A stretch of 64,000 nucleotides of DNA, from NCBI GenBank assembly GCA_004022145.1, contig RCNU01000002.1; one strand, 5' to 3'. Below are positions 45,855 through 58,175 of this stretch, piece by piece. The stretch comes from Paecilomyces variotii. Its lineage: Eukaryota. Made by a program: the position numbers and the translations under genes. The notes under the pieces are model-generated. The model had not been told where the DNA came from. It made no database searches and saw only the letters and a program-made list of their open reading frames with translations. How positions within the stretch are numbered: position 1 is the first letter of the stretch; the number at the start of each line of letters is the position of its first letter.

Positions 45855-48800
45855 ATGGCGCATTCAAATACGTTCCGCAATAGGCTGCGCCAACGATTCA
45901 ATCGCTTTCGAGATTCACGTGTTGGCTTACCACAGGACACCCAAACAAGACCAAGTCTTACGACCAAGTAGGTATCACGGCCCCATCAGTGAAGCGGTGC
46001 TAATCAGATAAGAAGTCCAAGATCATCTTCGCAGTCCGAGGCACGCACTGCCGGCTTGTTGTCTCTCAACGAAGAAGCGGGTGATGGCCATCGGGAGTCA
46101 GCCAACACTGTGAATGATGAGGGTCAAGTTCAAGCCAGTCAGAGCTCTCACCATCGGAGCAGTCTTGAACGGACCTTGAATCCCAACCAGTCGACTCTTT
46201 CGGGCGACAATGGCGACGTTATTGTGTCTTCAGACCTTTGGAGTGCAGCATATCGTGAGGCAGTTGAGAATCTTGGAGAGGACATAGACATTGCTATTTT
46301 ACAGGGAAAGAACGTCGCACAGCTATTCAGAAAACTCGAAGAGACTGAGAAAGATGTAAGCCAGGAGTCCACTTTCTTGAGGGGTGTGAGGTTCTTGCAT
46401 TCTTTACAAGTACCTCTTGAGAGATTCAAGCTAGCGTTGGATCTGGCAAGTCCGCTGGCAAGCATTGAACCAACTGCAACGACAGTTGTTGGTGTGGTCA
46501 GAAGTGTGACTGCGGTGAGTTCGATCCATAAACAAAATCATTTCTTTTTTCAGCGCAGGCCATTTATACCAGAAGTGCTGACTCGTTGTCTGTGTGTAGA
46601 TTGCTATCAGCATCGCAACTGCTGATGTGGACTTCGCGCAGCAAATTGCGGAAATGCTACAGCGACTTTCCTACATTGACGACTGTGACACGCTCGGCCA
46701 GAAAACGGGTAGGAAAGATATTCACAAGGTATACCTAAATATACATACATACATATACTGGCTTTTCTCGACGCCTTTCCTAACAATTTGCAGGCACTCG
46801 TACTGGTGTACCAAAAGATCTTGGAGTTCTATCAAGCTGCATATGACATATTGACCAGAAAAGGAGCGAGATTGATAATGAAAATGATCTTGGAGACTGA
46901 CCGCCTTCCAAACATCATCCAAGACTTCATAAAGTATTCAGATATTCTCCGAAACCTTGTGCAAAAAGCAACATGGGAGGTCGTGGAGGACATCAAATCC
47001 ATGCTCTACGATCATGAAAGTAAGTTTCCACACACCTATGAAATGCGCTACATACATTCTTATCCGGCCCAGTTTCCAGATGGCTAGGTGGTGACAAGAT
47101 GAGCCGCCAGACTCAATACCATTCGTACCTGCAGGATCTTCGAGATGATCAGGCTTGTGAATTCTTGCTGAAAAATACCAACTTCATTAACTGGTATCTC
47201 GCCCCCGATTCTCAGCAGCTGGTGATCCTGGGCGATATGGGCAGCGGAAAGACTGTCTCTATGGCATTTCTCATAGACGAGCTGAGTCGAAGAAATCAGC
47301 ATCAGCTACCTCAGCCCAAGATATGCTATTACTATTGCCGGGATGACGAGACAGGTAAGGCTATCTACATAGTCTCTGCTCTGGTTCTATCCCTGCTCGA
47401 GCAGCTCCCGGGCCTGAAAAAGCCCTTCTTCCAGTGGTACAAGCAGGCTCAGGCTTCTGGTATATTCGATCCAGCAACAAGCATCAAGAAGCTAGAAGAG
47501 TTCCTGGAGGGGCTTGTGGACGGAATTGATCGTCCAGTCTTTGTCATTATCGACGGTCTGGATGAGTTTCACAGCGCATCTCGAAATACTCTTCTCAGGT
47601 TATTGAAAACTTTATCGCAAAAGATTCCGGGATTCAAAACTATACTGTCTTCCCGTCCTGAGGAAGAGATCTTGGAGCAGCTGGACGGCATGGCTAGAAT
47701 CGAACTAGGCTCTGACGCTCAGCGAGATGCCATTATCGTTGAGACGACAGTTCAAAGGCAATTGTTTTATCTATCAGCAAATGTCAAGGCACTCGTCATA
47801 GAGAGACTATCTCGCTTAGCGCAAGGAAGCGCTATATGGACGAAGATGATCGTCGAGCTTATCGAAGTCCGCAAAATCAAAGCACTCGATCCGATGCGTG
47901 GCTTTCTGGAAAAAATACCCTTGCCTAAACAGCTCTCAGAGCTCTACGTGACGCTGTTTTCTCGTTGCACTTCCAATGATCCCGAAAATATAGAGCTTGC
48001 CAGTACAGCTCTGAAACTGCTCGCCGGCACACACAGGCCTCTTAGTATACTGGAGCTCGCCTGGGCCGCTACTTTGGGCGCAGCTCCACGCACTACCACC
48101 ATTGACGCTCTTGCTGAGCTGGTAGATCATCAAAGGGTTATGAGCCTTATTCATCCATTCATCGCTCGCGTCGATTTCAGTGACCTGAAGAAGCGCCAGG
48201 TTCGGCTCGTACACCAATCGGTGAAGGAGTTTATTATCAAAGAATGGACTTGTAGTCTTATGGGTCCCGCCTTGACAGAAACTGACAAGGTTGGTTCGAG
48301 TCTAGAGGCACTGGTATTGGATATTTGCATCAGATATCTTCTCCTGGATGATATTGGCAAGAAAGACCTGTTCTCCGAGGAGCAAGTGGCAATCGCAGAG
48401 CTACCTCAAGAATTTGACCTGTTCAACGATGATGACGAACCGGCCGATTACGATCCATATTGCACGTGGCAGTCGTGGGAAGAAAATATGACTCGCTACG
48501 ATCCAGCTGAGCGTGGCTTTGGTGAGTTCTTCGCCTACGCAGCGTGCTATTGGCTAGAGCATTACGGCGCCAGCACAGTCAACCCGCTTCCAAGCTTAGC
48601 AAGTATCGAGGATCTATGCCACGCGGGCTCGACTCGACTTCGCAATTGGATCCAACAGAATCCTCGCCCAGACTGCGTGATCACGGCTAGATTCGAATTT
48701 GACAGCAGGTTGTATGATCCCCTCAGCATCACTTCGCTCTATGGATCAGAAGCCATGCTACGCGACATGCTTGAGAATTCGGACTTTGACACGGACAAGT

Positions 48801-49481
48801 ATCTTCGAAACCCGGCTATGGGGGCCGCTGACCAGATTTTCCTATGGGGCGACGTATCAAGACTCGGGCTACTCTTCCTGAATGCTAAAATCGGCCCTCA
48901 ACTGCAAACTCTGGAGTTTTTTGACCTTGTCATAAGAAGATGGTCTGACCCCGTCCTATCACGGCACAACCATAATTGGGATCTTGTATTCGACCTCGTC
49001 GATCACATATCTGATAAATTGGTCCAGGAACAATGGGGAAACGAGCTCTTGTATATGGCTGTCGGTGCAGGATGCACGCCCCTGATCCGGCGGCTAATGA
49101 CGAGCGCACAGAATAAGCCAGAGCTTAGGAGTGAGTTGCTCCGTGAGGTTCGATCCGAAGGAACAAAAACGTTTCAACACATGACGGACCAATTGCATCA
49201 ATCGATCGGATAGGCCGTCTGGGGAAACCACATTGATGTGGTAGAATACTACTCCCTGTCGGAAGAGCTACTTTTACATAGGTAGTAATCGTGGTAATTT
49301 CAATCCCCGTTTCGCTCCTGTGAGGAACGATGATAATCATTCCTTTGCGCGCGGTTGTGCAGGTTGGTGATGTAGACAATGTGTGTGATCTCTTAAGTAC
49401 TCCGAGATGGCAACATGAATCAAATCCACTTTCAGCTCTGACCTGTGACAGCGAGGGTGGAATGCGGTTGAGAGATAGATA
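45855..49481 (+). pseudogene. Fungal NLR-like NACHT gene with N-terminal helical domain; premature stop at 49211-49213 and decayed ankyrin C-terminus (introns 45968-46012, 46515-46599, 46729-46793, 47020-47072)
   Basis: LWSAAY N-terminal domain, Walker A GDMGSGKT, Walker B FVIIDGLDE, ILSSRP, RPLSILEL, LVHQSVKEF, YAACYWLEH. After the TAG the frame continues AVWGNHIDVVEY (ankyrin-like), then breaks up; a later remnant reads PLRAVVQVGDVD. It could still encode a truncated protein. Confidence 0.75.
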
Positions 49482-52400
49482 GAAGCCCTGAAAACGAGGA
49501 GAATATGCCATAGATTTTTACAATTGCTCTGTTCAATATTGTCAAGATAGCGTCAACGTGTTAGTTTAGAAAAAGAGATGCTTTTAATAGTAATTCGTTT
49601 CAACATACAATAACTAACTAACTAGTAGTAAGTACTCTCCCACATTATTTATTGGGAACGTAATATTGTTGTGTCTAATTTCTGCCTCTACTTATTTCGA
49701 CGATCCGAATCTGGCATGTTTGCACCATTTGCATGTTTACAACTATCGTAGATATACTAAAACTTTCCGTTTAGCATCAAATTTAACTAGCCAGTAGTGG
49801 GTCATGACATAATAATAAGAACAGAACAGAAAAGAAAAAAAAGAGTAGAAATTGACCTAGAAGATTTTTCCCCGGACAAACTACCGAGTAAGTGGGACAG
49901 GTGGATCGTCGACTAAAGTACTCTAGACTAGAATAAGGGAGCTATATTAGTATATTTAGTCCTTTTAACTATTATTCCTGTTTGCAGAGTACCCAGATAT
50001 CTAGAGAATTATGACGCAATTTAGTCTATGGCGTTCCATGCGCGTCTTTCAGCGACAGACCGCGTCAGTCAGGTCTAACTCTAGCGATGGTCCTTTGTGG
50101 ATTACTTGCGGGCCGGCAGCAAGAGTGACTAACTGTCTGGATCCATTGTTGAGATTTCGTGTCAGACAATATTAATGAAGCAAGAAATGAATGTGCGAAT
50201 GGAATGGGGGGCAAGTCTCTAGTAGATAGGTAGAATTAGACGAAGGATGATGATAGTTAGGTAGGTAGGGTTTGGAAACAGACGTCTGGACTAGTAGCTT
50301 CGATTCCGGTCTGATTTGGTTGAGTGGGACCCGACTTCCCGTGGTTTTGGGTAGGAGTTTGCTATTATTATTATTATTATTATTCCTAGGTGATGATGGC
50401 TCATTTCCGACTGTTGAGAAATGGTATGAACATGTATGCCGGTCAATCTCCGAGATTACTGGATCTCGAGGCATCAAGAAGTCAGTCGAGACGACTGCTG
50501 GCATGAAACGAAATGTTCGGTCAGTACTGCTGATCTCAGCCTGTGCTTTTCTAAGCTGTTCGTATAAGGCAGACATCCTGTAAATATTGAGCAGTAATAT
50601 ACTTGAGACTGGATCCTGACGATAAACACTCTATACTCTCTCTAGATAGTATGTAGTACCATAGAGCTTCAGCCAGTGCAGCCACCCGGCATAGGGATCT
50701 CCTATTATCCAATAAGATGCGCTCCCATCTCGTGGGGGACGCGCCACATGCCACTGGGTCATCATCGGAGATGGAGATAGAGATCTTCAGGAAGATCATC
50801 CGTAATTAATCTTCGTGAGATCTTAACGAGATCTGAGCCGTTAGCGGAATCATCGAAGAGCCCCCAGACCGGTTCTCGAAGATTAATTACCATGCCTGGC
50901 ATCGGAGCTACACTCCGGCAATCGATAGCTACCCCGAGGATGCGGTGTAGGCAACTCAGTTGCCTCTGGCTTATGCCCTGGCGATTCATTCGCAGAGTTA
51001 GGACATGATGCAGGTGATTCTGATCGATTGGCTGCGGGGAACGTGCTCGACGATGACCATGCAGCAGGAGCTACGTGGTCCCCCGCAACTTGTGCATATT
51101 AAGCGGTGAGCAGCCCAGAGGATATTCTTCCTACGGTGTATTCTAACTAGTGAAAGGAGTAAGCTGGTATCATCACGAAATGAAGAAACAGAGCAAGTCA
51201 TCAATTGGTGGAAATGAAATGCACCTCCAATCTCATACAGCCAGCATGTGCCCCTTGGACCGCTCTCGTAGTGTGTAGGTGTGTGGTCGTTATATGAGCC
51301 AAGCATTGCTAAACGATATCATATCATCCGACATTTGGATAAAATATAAATAGTAAAATAATACGGAGTACAAATAGGATAAATCAACATGGCGCCATGG
51401 AATCGTCAGATGGGTCAAAGCTACCCCGGATCACTCGCGCCGCGAAACAGACGGACAGATTTCCAGCTGGCAGCAGCAGATGAAACGAGTTCTTTGGAAT
51501 AATTAATAGTTTCGGCGCTTGTGCACGGGTCGAACGAGGGCTAGACTAGACCAGGGGGCGGTTATGAAGATCGTTGGCTTAACTATCGCTGACGATCGGG
51601 GGGAGCCTATGGTAAGCTCCTCGGGCATATTCTGAAGATGAGATATGTACCATATTATCCCTGGAGGGGACTGCTCTGATTCGATGGCAGAGATCTCAGC
51701 GCCAGGTGTCCAGCAAGCAATTGACCACGACTGCTAGTGCTACCTGAAGCGGTACTACTAGACTATTACCAGTTAATCACTACTGTCTACACCGGATAGG
51801 CAGCAGGATATGCGTAGTTAGTATGGTATGCCCATGCTGTACGTCGGGAATCTGTGTCTGGCTGGTCCCCACCGGGTGCGTGTCATGATTCATGGGCGCG
51901 AGGCGATGCTCGACATGAATCCTAGTTCGTTGTTTTGGCGAGCAGCGGTTGCACACACACAAAACATTCTTGTTTCAGCTGGTGTGCCGTGGGTTGCAGA
52001 GCGCTTGCATTCCGGCAGTGGCTCAGAGTCTCAGACAGAGAGAGAGAGAGCATGGGGGAAAAGCAGCCGCCGGGGTGGATCCGGCCTAGACTTGCCAGTG
52101 CCTAGTCAGCAGTCGGGAGGACCATCCGACCGTTCGCGTATTATGGCATTGTCTAGAACGAGAGAGGTGAACCATGGGATGGGATTGCGATTGCGATTGC
52201 GATTACTACCAGAAAAGATGTTGTACCATAGAGAAGAAGAAGAATAGGTAATTATCGCAGGTCAGGTGCTTCTGGTCAGATGTCGAGTTGAGTTGGAATG
52301 GATGACGTCGCCATGTGACGGGTGGAGCACGAGGCGTGGAGGCCACGAGATGGATGATTATTATTATTTATTTATGAGTATAATATATTAATATTATAAG

Positions 52401-54426
52401 ACTATATTCATACTCTATCGAGGACTGCTGATGGGATAGATATTATTGTTCGAGAAAAAGAATAACAACAACAAAAAAAGTCCAGATCTGCCAGATCGCA
52501 ACTCCAGTTACCTGGACGGCCAACTTGGTCCGTCCGTCGCGCGTTCTCGTGGCCAAGTGGTCTTCGGTGGCCAGCGGGTGATCGTCAGGCAACGTGGATG
52601 ATCAGGATAAGTTACAGGGAAATGATTTCCTGGCGGCAGAGACATCGTCAGTTGAGTCTTCAGAGGTGAAGGGAGAGGAAAACGGGATTACTCGGGTCGA
52701 TGACGCGATACGGGACGAGGCGATGGGGGCAACCAAGGAATTGCTAACGAACGAATGAATGAATTAATATCGATCTATCTCCGTGTCTGATCTCATCTTA
52801 CTATTTATCTCCTTATCCATGACTAGTTATTTACTAGTTACTGCCTAGTGAATATGAATTTTGAAATGAGAGGAACGTGTCCTCATTATTATTATCAACT
52901 AGGTATTACTCCGTACCTGTCTAGGGGGGTAACTAGATAACTACTAGATAACCGACTGAGGTGCTCGTGTAAGCGCTGGGACGGCGAGACGCTGCATGCA
53001 ATGGGGGCGCTTGGATCGATCCAACGGGCGTCCAGCAGCCACCGGGCAATTAATTAATCACCTGCCCATGCAAGGGAACATTCTGAAGATAATGATAATC
53101 ATATCTACGAAAAATAAGAATAAAAGGTCGGAATGGAATCAGCGCAGTTATTTAGTTAGTCACGACTCACTTACTGTCTGGAACTCGAACAAGGTGGGGG
53201 AACAGCCCATCCGGATCCGGACGTGGCCAGTCCGCCCTCTAGTTAATAATATTAAACAATGATAACTAACTCCCGTCAGTAACTAATCAATGATAATAAT
53301 AATAATAAGATCCAATTCCACCAGCGAATTCAATCAATCCAAAAAAAGACACTAAAGAATGGGGCCGGCGAGGGCGAAAAAGAGGAGTTGCAGTGGATCG
53401 GCGACATCATTGCGCTCCACCAGCGAGAGAGCCAGAAAAGGCCAGATTCCGGTCTCACTGGCTGGCGACTCTTCAGCTGGAATTCCGCCCCGGCTGGACG
53501 AGACAATTTGTTCATGAATTAGATGAATTAGTTGGTTATTTTAGTTGGTGAGTTAGTTAGGTAGGTAGTTAGGTAGTTATCATCCTGCTCGGCTGGCTGA
53601 GTATTTTATTCTATTTTATTTTATTTATTATTATCTACAGTGACCATAGTTAATAATCATTAGCGCCTATCTTGTCTTGCCTTGTCTCTGAGTCTCAAAT
53701 AATTCCCTCCGAATCTATCTATCTTAGGTACCTAACCTAACATAACTAACCTATCGGCTCCACCACTGTCCATCCTGTTCTCCTTCTCTTGTCTTCCACC
53801 CTTTTAGTCAGGAACGCTTTCGGGTTCGTCATTCCAAGAAAATCCCAAGGAACAAAAAAAAAATAATATTAGGAAGACAGAGAGAATCCCTTCAATATTT
53901 TACTCTACTCTACTCTATAATCCATCCCCAGCAACACTCTAGCCGGCTACCAACTTTCGTCCCACTCGGTCGCACCGCACCGACAAGCCTCCTCTCTTCT
54001 TCCCCCCCGCAGATCCTCCTGCCAGTTAAAGACTCCCGAAGCCGTGGATGTCCTGGATCCCCGCAAATTGCCAATAAACCCGAGCTATTTTTACGGCAAC
54101 AGGAAAGCAAAAGCTCCCTTCTACATTTCAACTTTCCCTCTCCCGATTCTTCTCCTGTTCGCTCAAAGAAACCATTCTGTCTCCTGGCCGTTGCGCCATC
54201 GCTCCCCGTCTCCCTATCCAGATCCTCGCAATTGCTCGTCTAAGTCACCTGCATCGCCTATCTCGCACCACCCGCTGAATCGGATCGCTTCACCCCCGAC
54301 GGACGTTCTCTCTTCTCCCTCTCCCTCCCTCTCTCTCTCTCCCCTCCCCTCCCCCCGACCACCGAACTCCTCCGGCTGTGTGTCGTTGAAAAGGGGCAGA
54401 GAGCGCGAGACCTGACCTAGCACACA

Positions 54427-56102
54427 ATGGCATCCTTCAAGGTAACTTCCGTTGCATTTCACTGAAATCTTGGGAGGAACCGTCCCGACCGTTGCTGACG
54501 CGGGAATTGGTGCTGCTGGCAGGAGTCCTCCATATCGCGCCCGTTCCCTCAGTCGGGCCTCCCCGTCCGACAGAGCAATGCTCGAAACCATTCGCATGCG
54601 CACTCGATATCGCTGGGTGCCGTCAATACCAACCATCGCGTCACCCGTCGGAAGAGTATCGCCTCCGCCGCCGCTGCCAATGCCGCTGCGGCCGTTGCGG
54701 CCACCATGAAGGACAGCGGTGATCCAGTCACGATTCCGATGGCATCGCACCGGCGGAGTCTCGCTGGCCGCAAGGGTCTCGAATCGAGCTCCCTCGGAGC
54801 CACGTCCGCCCTGTCGTCCTCTCTATCGCGGAGCGTGAACGCTGGCTCGGACCGCAAGACCTCGCCCAACGCAATCGACGAGAACTCCGCAGCGGAGGGC
54901 AGCGCTTCCGGAGCAAAGCCCGTCAGCACCAAGAGCAGGAACCGACGCGCCAGTGAAGGGTCAAACCTGAACCGGGGCGAAGGGAAGCGGGTTGCCAGCG
55001 AACTCCGCTGCGAACGTTGTGGGAAAGGGTATAAGCATAGCAGCTGCTTGACGAAGCATATGTGCGTATACCCCCCTATCGTCCCGCTACCCGGCTCGAG
55101 ACGGGGTCCCATCGATACCGGCGCCCTCCATGTCGTTTGTCGTGGTCACCCATCTCTCCTCCAGATCCCTTGTAGTCTTTACTGCTAGTACTACTACTAC
55201 CACCACTACTACTACTACTACTATTCTTGCTCCTCTCACACTCCTCACCTCTCTTCCTTCCCGTCTATACCCAGGTTTGGTTTTGATTGACAGTTTGTGT
55301 GTTTTGGCTTAGGTGGGAACATGACCCAGCATGGCAGTTCACGTCGAAACTCCTCATCTCCAAGCATCAGCAAGTCCAATTGCTCGAGGCGGCCACCGTG
55401 CTGGTCAACATGAACCAAGAGCCTACCACCGAGATGGAGTCGGAGGACTCATCGGCCTCTCCCGCGACATCATCCGAACTCCGCGATGGACTAAGTTCCA
55501 CCGAGACGACGCCGCCCCCCATGGACGAGGACGGGCCAGAGTTGCCCGACACACCAGCCGGCTACGGGAAGCGCTATAGCGTCGCCAGCACCTCCGCCTT
55601 CTCGCGCTCCTACCAGTCCAGCTCCTTCGCCGACAGTGCGCCGCTGCATTCGCCCGCCTTCTCGCATTTCCGCCATTCCAGCATCGATACACGTCCCTCC
55701 ACTGCCGACACCGGGAGCAGCGACGACGACGATGAGGCGGATCTGGCCGCTGCCATCGGTCTGTGCAATTTTGGGACACCCCGCACGGGGCCCGTGCCCA
55801 TGTCGCCCGATGTACCTCCAGTGCCCCCACTGCCTGCTCGATTCCTCGGCCAGAACATTCACAGCAACCCTCTAAGCCAGTCGGCCGCTGCGGCCATGCC
55901 TTTGCCCAGTTCGGCCTCGACGATCTATGGATCATTCTCGTTGAACCCGTCGCTGTCGTACAAGGTCTCGGATGAACGAGATGTCAAGATGGAGGATGTC
56001 CACCGCGAGTCGAGACAGCGGCGCAACGCCGACGTTGATTTTGGCAGCCGTCACCATGGTGAAGACGATGATGACGGGGTCTTTGGCCTTATGGAGGAGT
56101 GA
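54427..56102 (+). CDS. Single C2H2 zinc-finger transcription factor (introns 54442-54522, 55062-55312)
   Basis: MASFK|ESSISRP...HSISLG...HRVTRRKS...RRASEG; the finger is split by an intron: LRCERCGKGYKHSSCLTKHM|WEHDPAW...LLISKHQQVQLLEAA. Confidence 0.88.
55186..55223. repeat. (CTA/CCA)n trinucleotide microsatellite in intron 2 of the C2H2 gene
   Basis: Visible run tactactactaccaccactactactactactacta. Confidence 0.85.
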
Positions 56103-56744
56103 ACAGAGTGGCAAGCTCCTCTGTTATAACTGCCTGTTTTTTCATACGAAGTGTGGAGACACAACGGGAGGGGGCAAGAAAACCCTCGCGTCGTCCCACC
56201 CATCGGTTAATGCCCATTTTGCACGAAAGTATACGAGCTTGAGCGGTCCTTTTGAGCAATCTTTGATGATGATTGTGCGTGTTGGCATATCCATGTGTGT
56301 TTTGGTCGGTCGAAATGACCGCAGGAGTGATTATCTATTCTTCTTTCTTTTTATCTTTGGTTGGGGCCCTTGGTGCCCTTGGCTGTACGGGATCAGGACC
56401 ATCAGGCTCTGTGTTCTTCTTTTTTTGGTGGGCAACACCACATCTTGGCATATCTACTAACCTTACCTCTCTCTGTATGTAACCTACGAACCAATGCCAT
56501 GAACATAACAACCGACAAGTCCTTCAAATACACTTACCAGTAGGATAATTTGCAGGGTAATAATGCATGAAGTTATAAAAATATTAGTGTTGAAAAAATA
56601 GAGTATCAAGTCATGATCCATTAATTCAATACAGAGATAGTAAAAATGATTGCTGTGGATAGTGCGCAACATTCGCTCGTTAAAGTGCAGTGTCATTTTA
56701 CGATCTTATCTAGCGATGTAATAACTAACCTATCATCCGAATAA

Positions 56745-56835
56745 CCCCCGATGGTCTAGTTGGATATGGCGTTCGGCTGTAATAGGATTTTCCATTGTTA
56801 CCGAAAGGTCGCCGGCTCGATTCCGGCTCGGGGGA
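56745..56835 (+). tRNA. tRNA-Tyr (GTA) with 17-nt intron (56783-56799)
   Basis: Acceptor stem CCCCCGA/TCGGGGG plus A73; A-box TGGTCTAGTTGG; anticodon stem TTCGG/CCGAA with loop CT-GTA-A^A; T stem GCCGG/CCGGC. T-loop reads CTCGATT (C54). Followed by an oligo-T terminator. Confidence 0.9.
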
Positions 56836-56844
56836 AAGGATTTC

Positions 56845-56863
56845 TTTTTTCTCTTTTTTTTTT
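56845..56863 (+). terminator. RNA polymerase III oligo-dT terminator
   Basis: A T6 tract and a longer T tract starting about 10 nt after the tRNA 3' end. Confidence 0.75.
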
Positions 56864-58142
56864 CGCTCCCGCTGAGTTACCTTGTTTCCGTGCGTAATGG
56901 TATTCTATGAATTTTCTTTTTCTTTTTTTTTTCCCACTTATAATTCCTAGAAATATGTTAAAATTAGGTATTTTTTTTAGAATATATCCTTCGTTGCGCT
57001 AATTGAATTAAGTATAGTCTGGAGTGTAGGTAAGTAGAGTTATATATATGCATTCCCGGGATAAGAAAAAAAAAAAAAGTTCGTATATGCATCGACCTAA
57101 CTAAGTAAGTAAGTAAGTATTTGTCGAGATTTAGGATCATGTTTGGTGCGTTGCAGTTCCTTCTTTTCTTTTCTTTTCCTTGTTTCTGAAGGAAATATCG
57201 TAAAGAGCTAACTCTGCGATAATAGTTATAATGCAACGACTGCTGAGTTATATAGAAGGACTAGGGAGAAAGGAAGGAAGAAAGGAAGGAAAGAAGGAGG
57301 AGGCAGTGCGACAATCCGGCTTATCGAGTTAATAGTATCGAGAGCAACTAGAATGGAAAAAAAAAATAACCATGCTAGAGTCCAATGACAAAGAGACGAA
57401 GGGTAAAGTAATGCAGAGTAGAGTAGAGTACCTAGATAGATAGAAGGGTAAGCCATCAACGACTAGACGGGATAGAATAGATCCCTTTGCAGATTATAGA
57501 CTAGACCTCCACTACGGGGCGCAGGAGGGAGATAACAGAAACCGATCAGGTTTCAAATAGAAAGATAATAAAAAAAAATTCGCATTGAGTGCGTGCATGT
57601 AACTTCTGCACGATGTGATGTGATATGATATGAAATGAAAATACATGAATAAGAAGAAGAAGAAATATGAACAAACAACCAACCAAACAACCTCGAGGTG
57701 CATAGACATGAGAAAAGAAAAAAGTACAAGAAAAGCAACCTCGTAAAGTAAACCCGAATCCCAATCCCGATATGTGTATGTGCGATACAGAAAAAAATTG
57801 ACACCAACTCCGTCATCAGGGTATAGTCCATCTCCATAAACTCCATGGGTATCTCAATACTGAACAGTTCGTCGTTCATTAATCATCAGTCATAAACATG
57901 ACTTGTCATCCCGTTATCCATAATCGTCCCCAATTCGTCACCAGTATTGTACATATGTACGTACTGCACATCTCCACCAGTATTGTATCTCTCGCACAAG
58001 TTATGCCCGTGTGTTTGGCATTGTGTCAACGTCTCGATCTCTGTTTGGCTTTTGAAAGTGTTTGCCGTGCCCTGTTCGCTCTCCGCGCTATGCATCTGCA
58101 TCTGCAGTGCTGTGTGTAAATGTTTGTGCGTCTGGAGGCTGT

Positions 58143-58175
58143 TGTATGTATGTATGTATGTATGTAGGTAGGTAA
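58143..58175. repeat. (GTAT)n/(GTAG)n tetranucleotide microsatellite
   Basis: Visible run tgtatgtatgtatgtatgtatgtaggtaggtaag. Confidence 0.85.

Noticed and set aside
45014-46240. Amyloid-signalling pair between the small S/Q-rich protein and the adjacent NLR N-terminus
   Set aside because: No shared HET-s, sigma or PP-type motif is visible; the small protein is better explained as SMP/LEA-like.
32000-49500. Starship or other large mobile element carrying the accessory genes
   Set aside because: No tyrosine-recombinase captain or transposase, and the core gene EFM4 lies within the interval.
50172-52250. Short ORFs that might be remnants of a gene or transposon
   Set aside because: No transposase, reverse transcriptase or other recognisable motif; no terminal repeats found.
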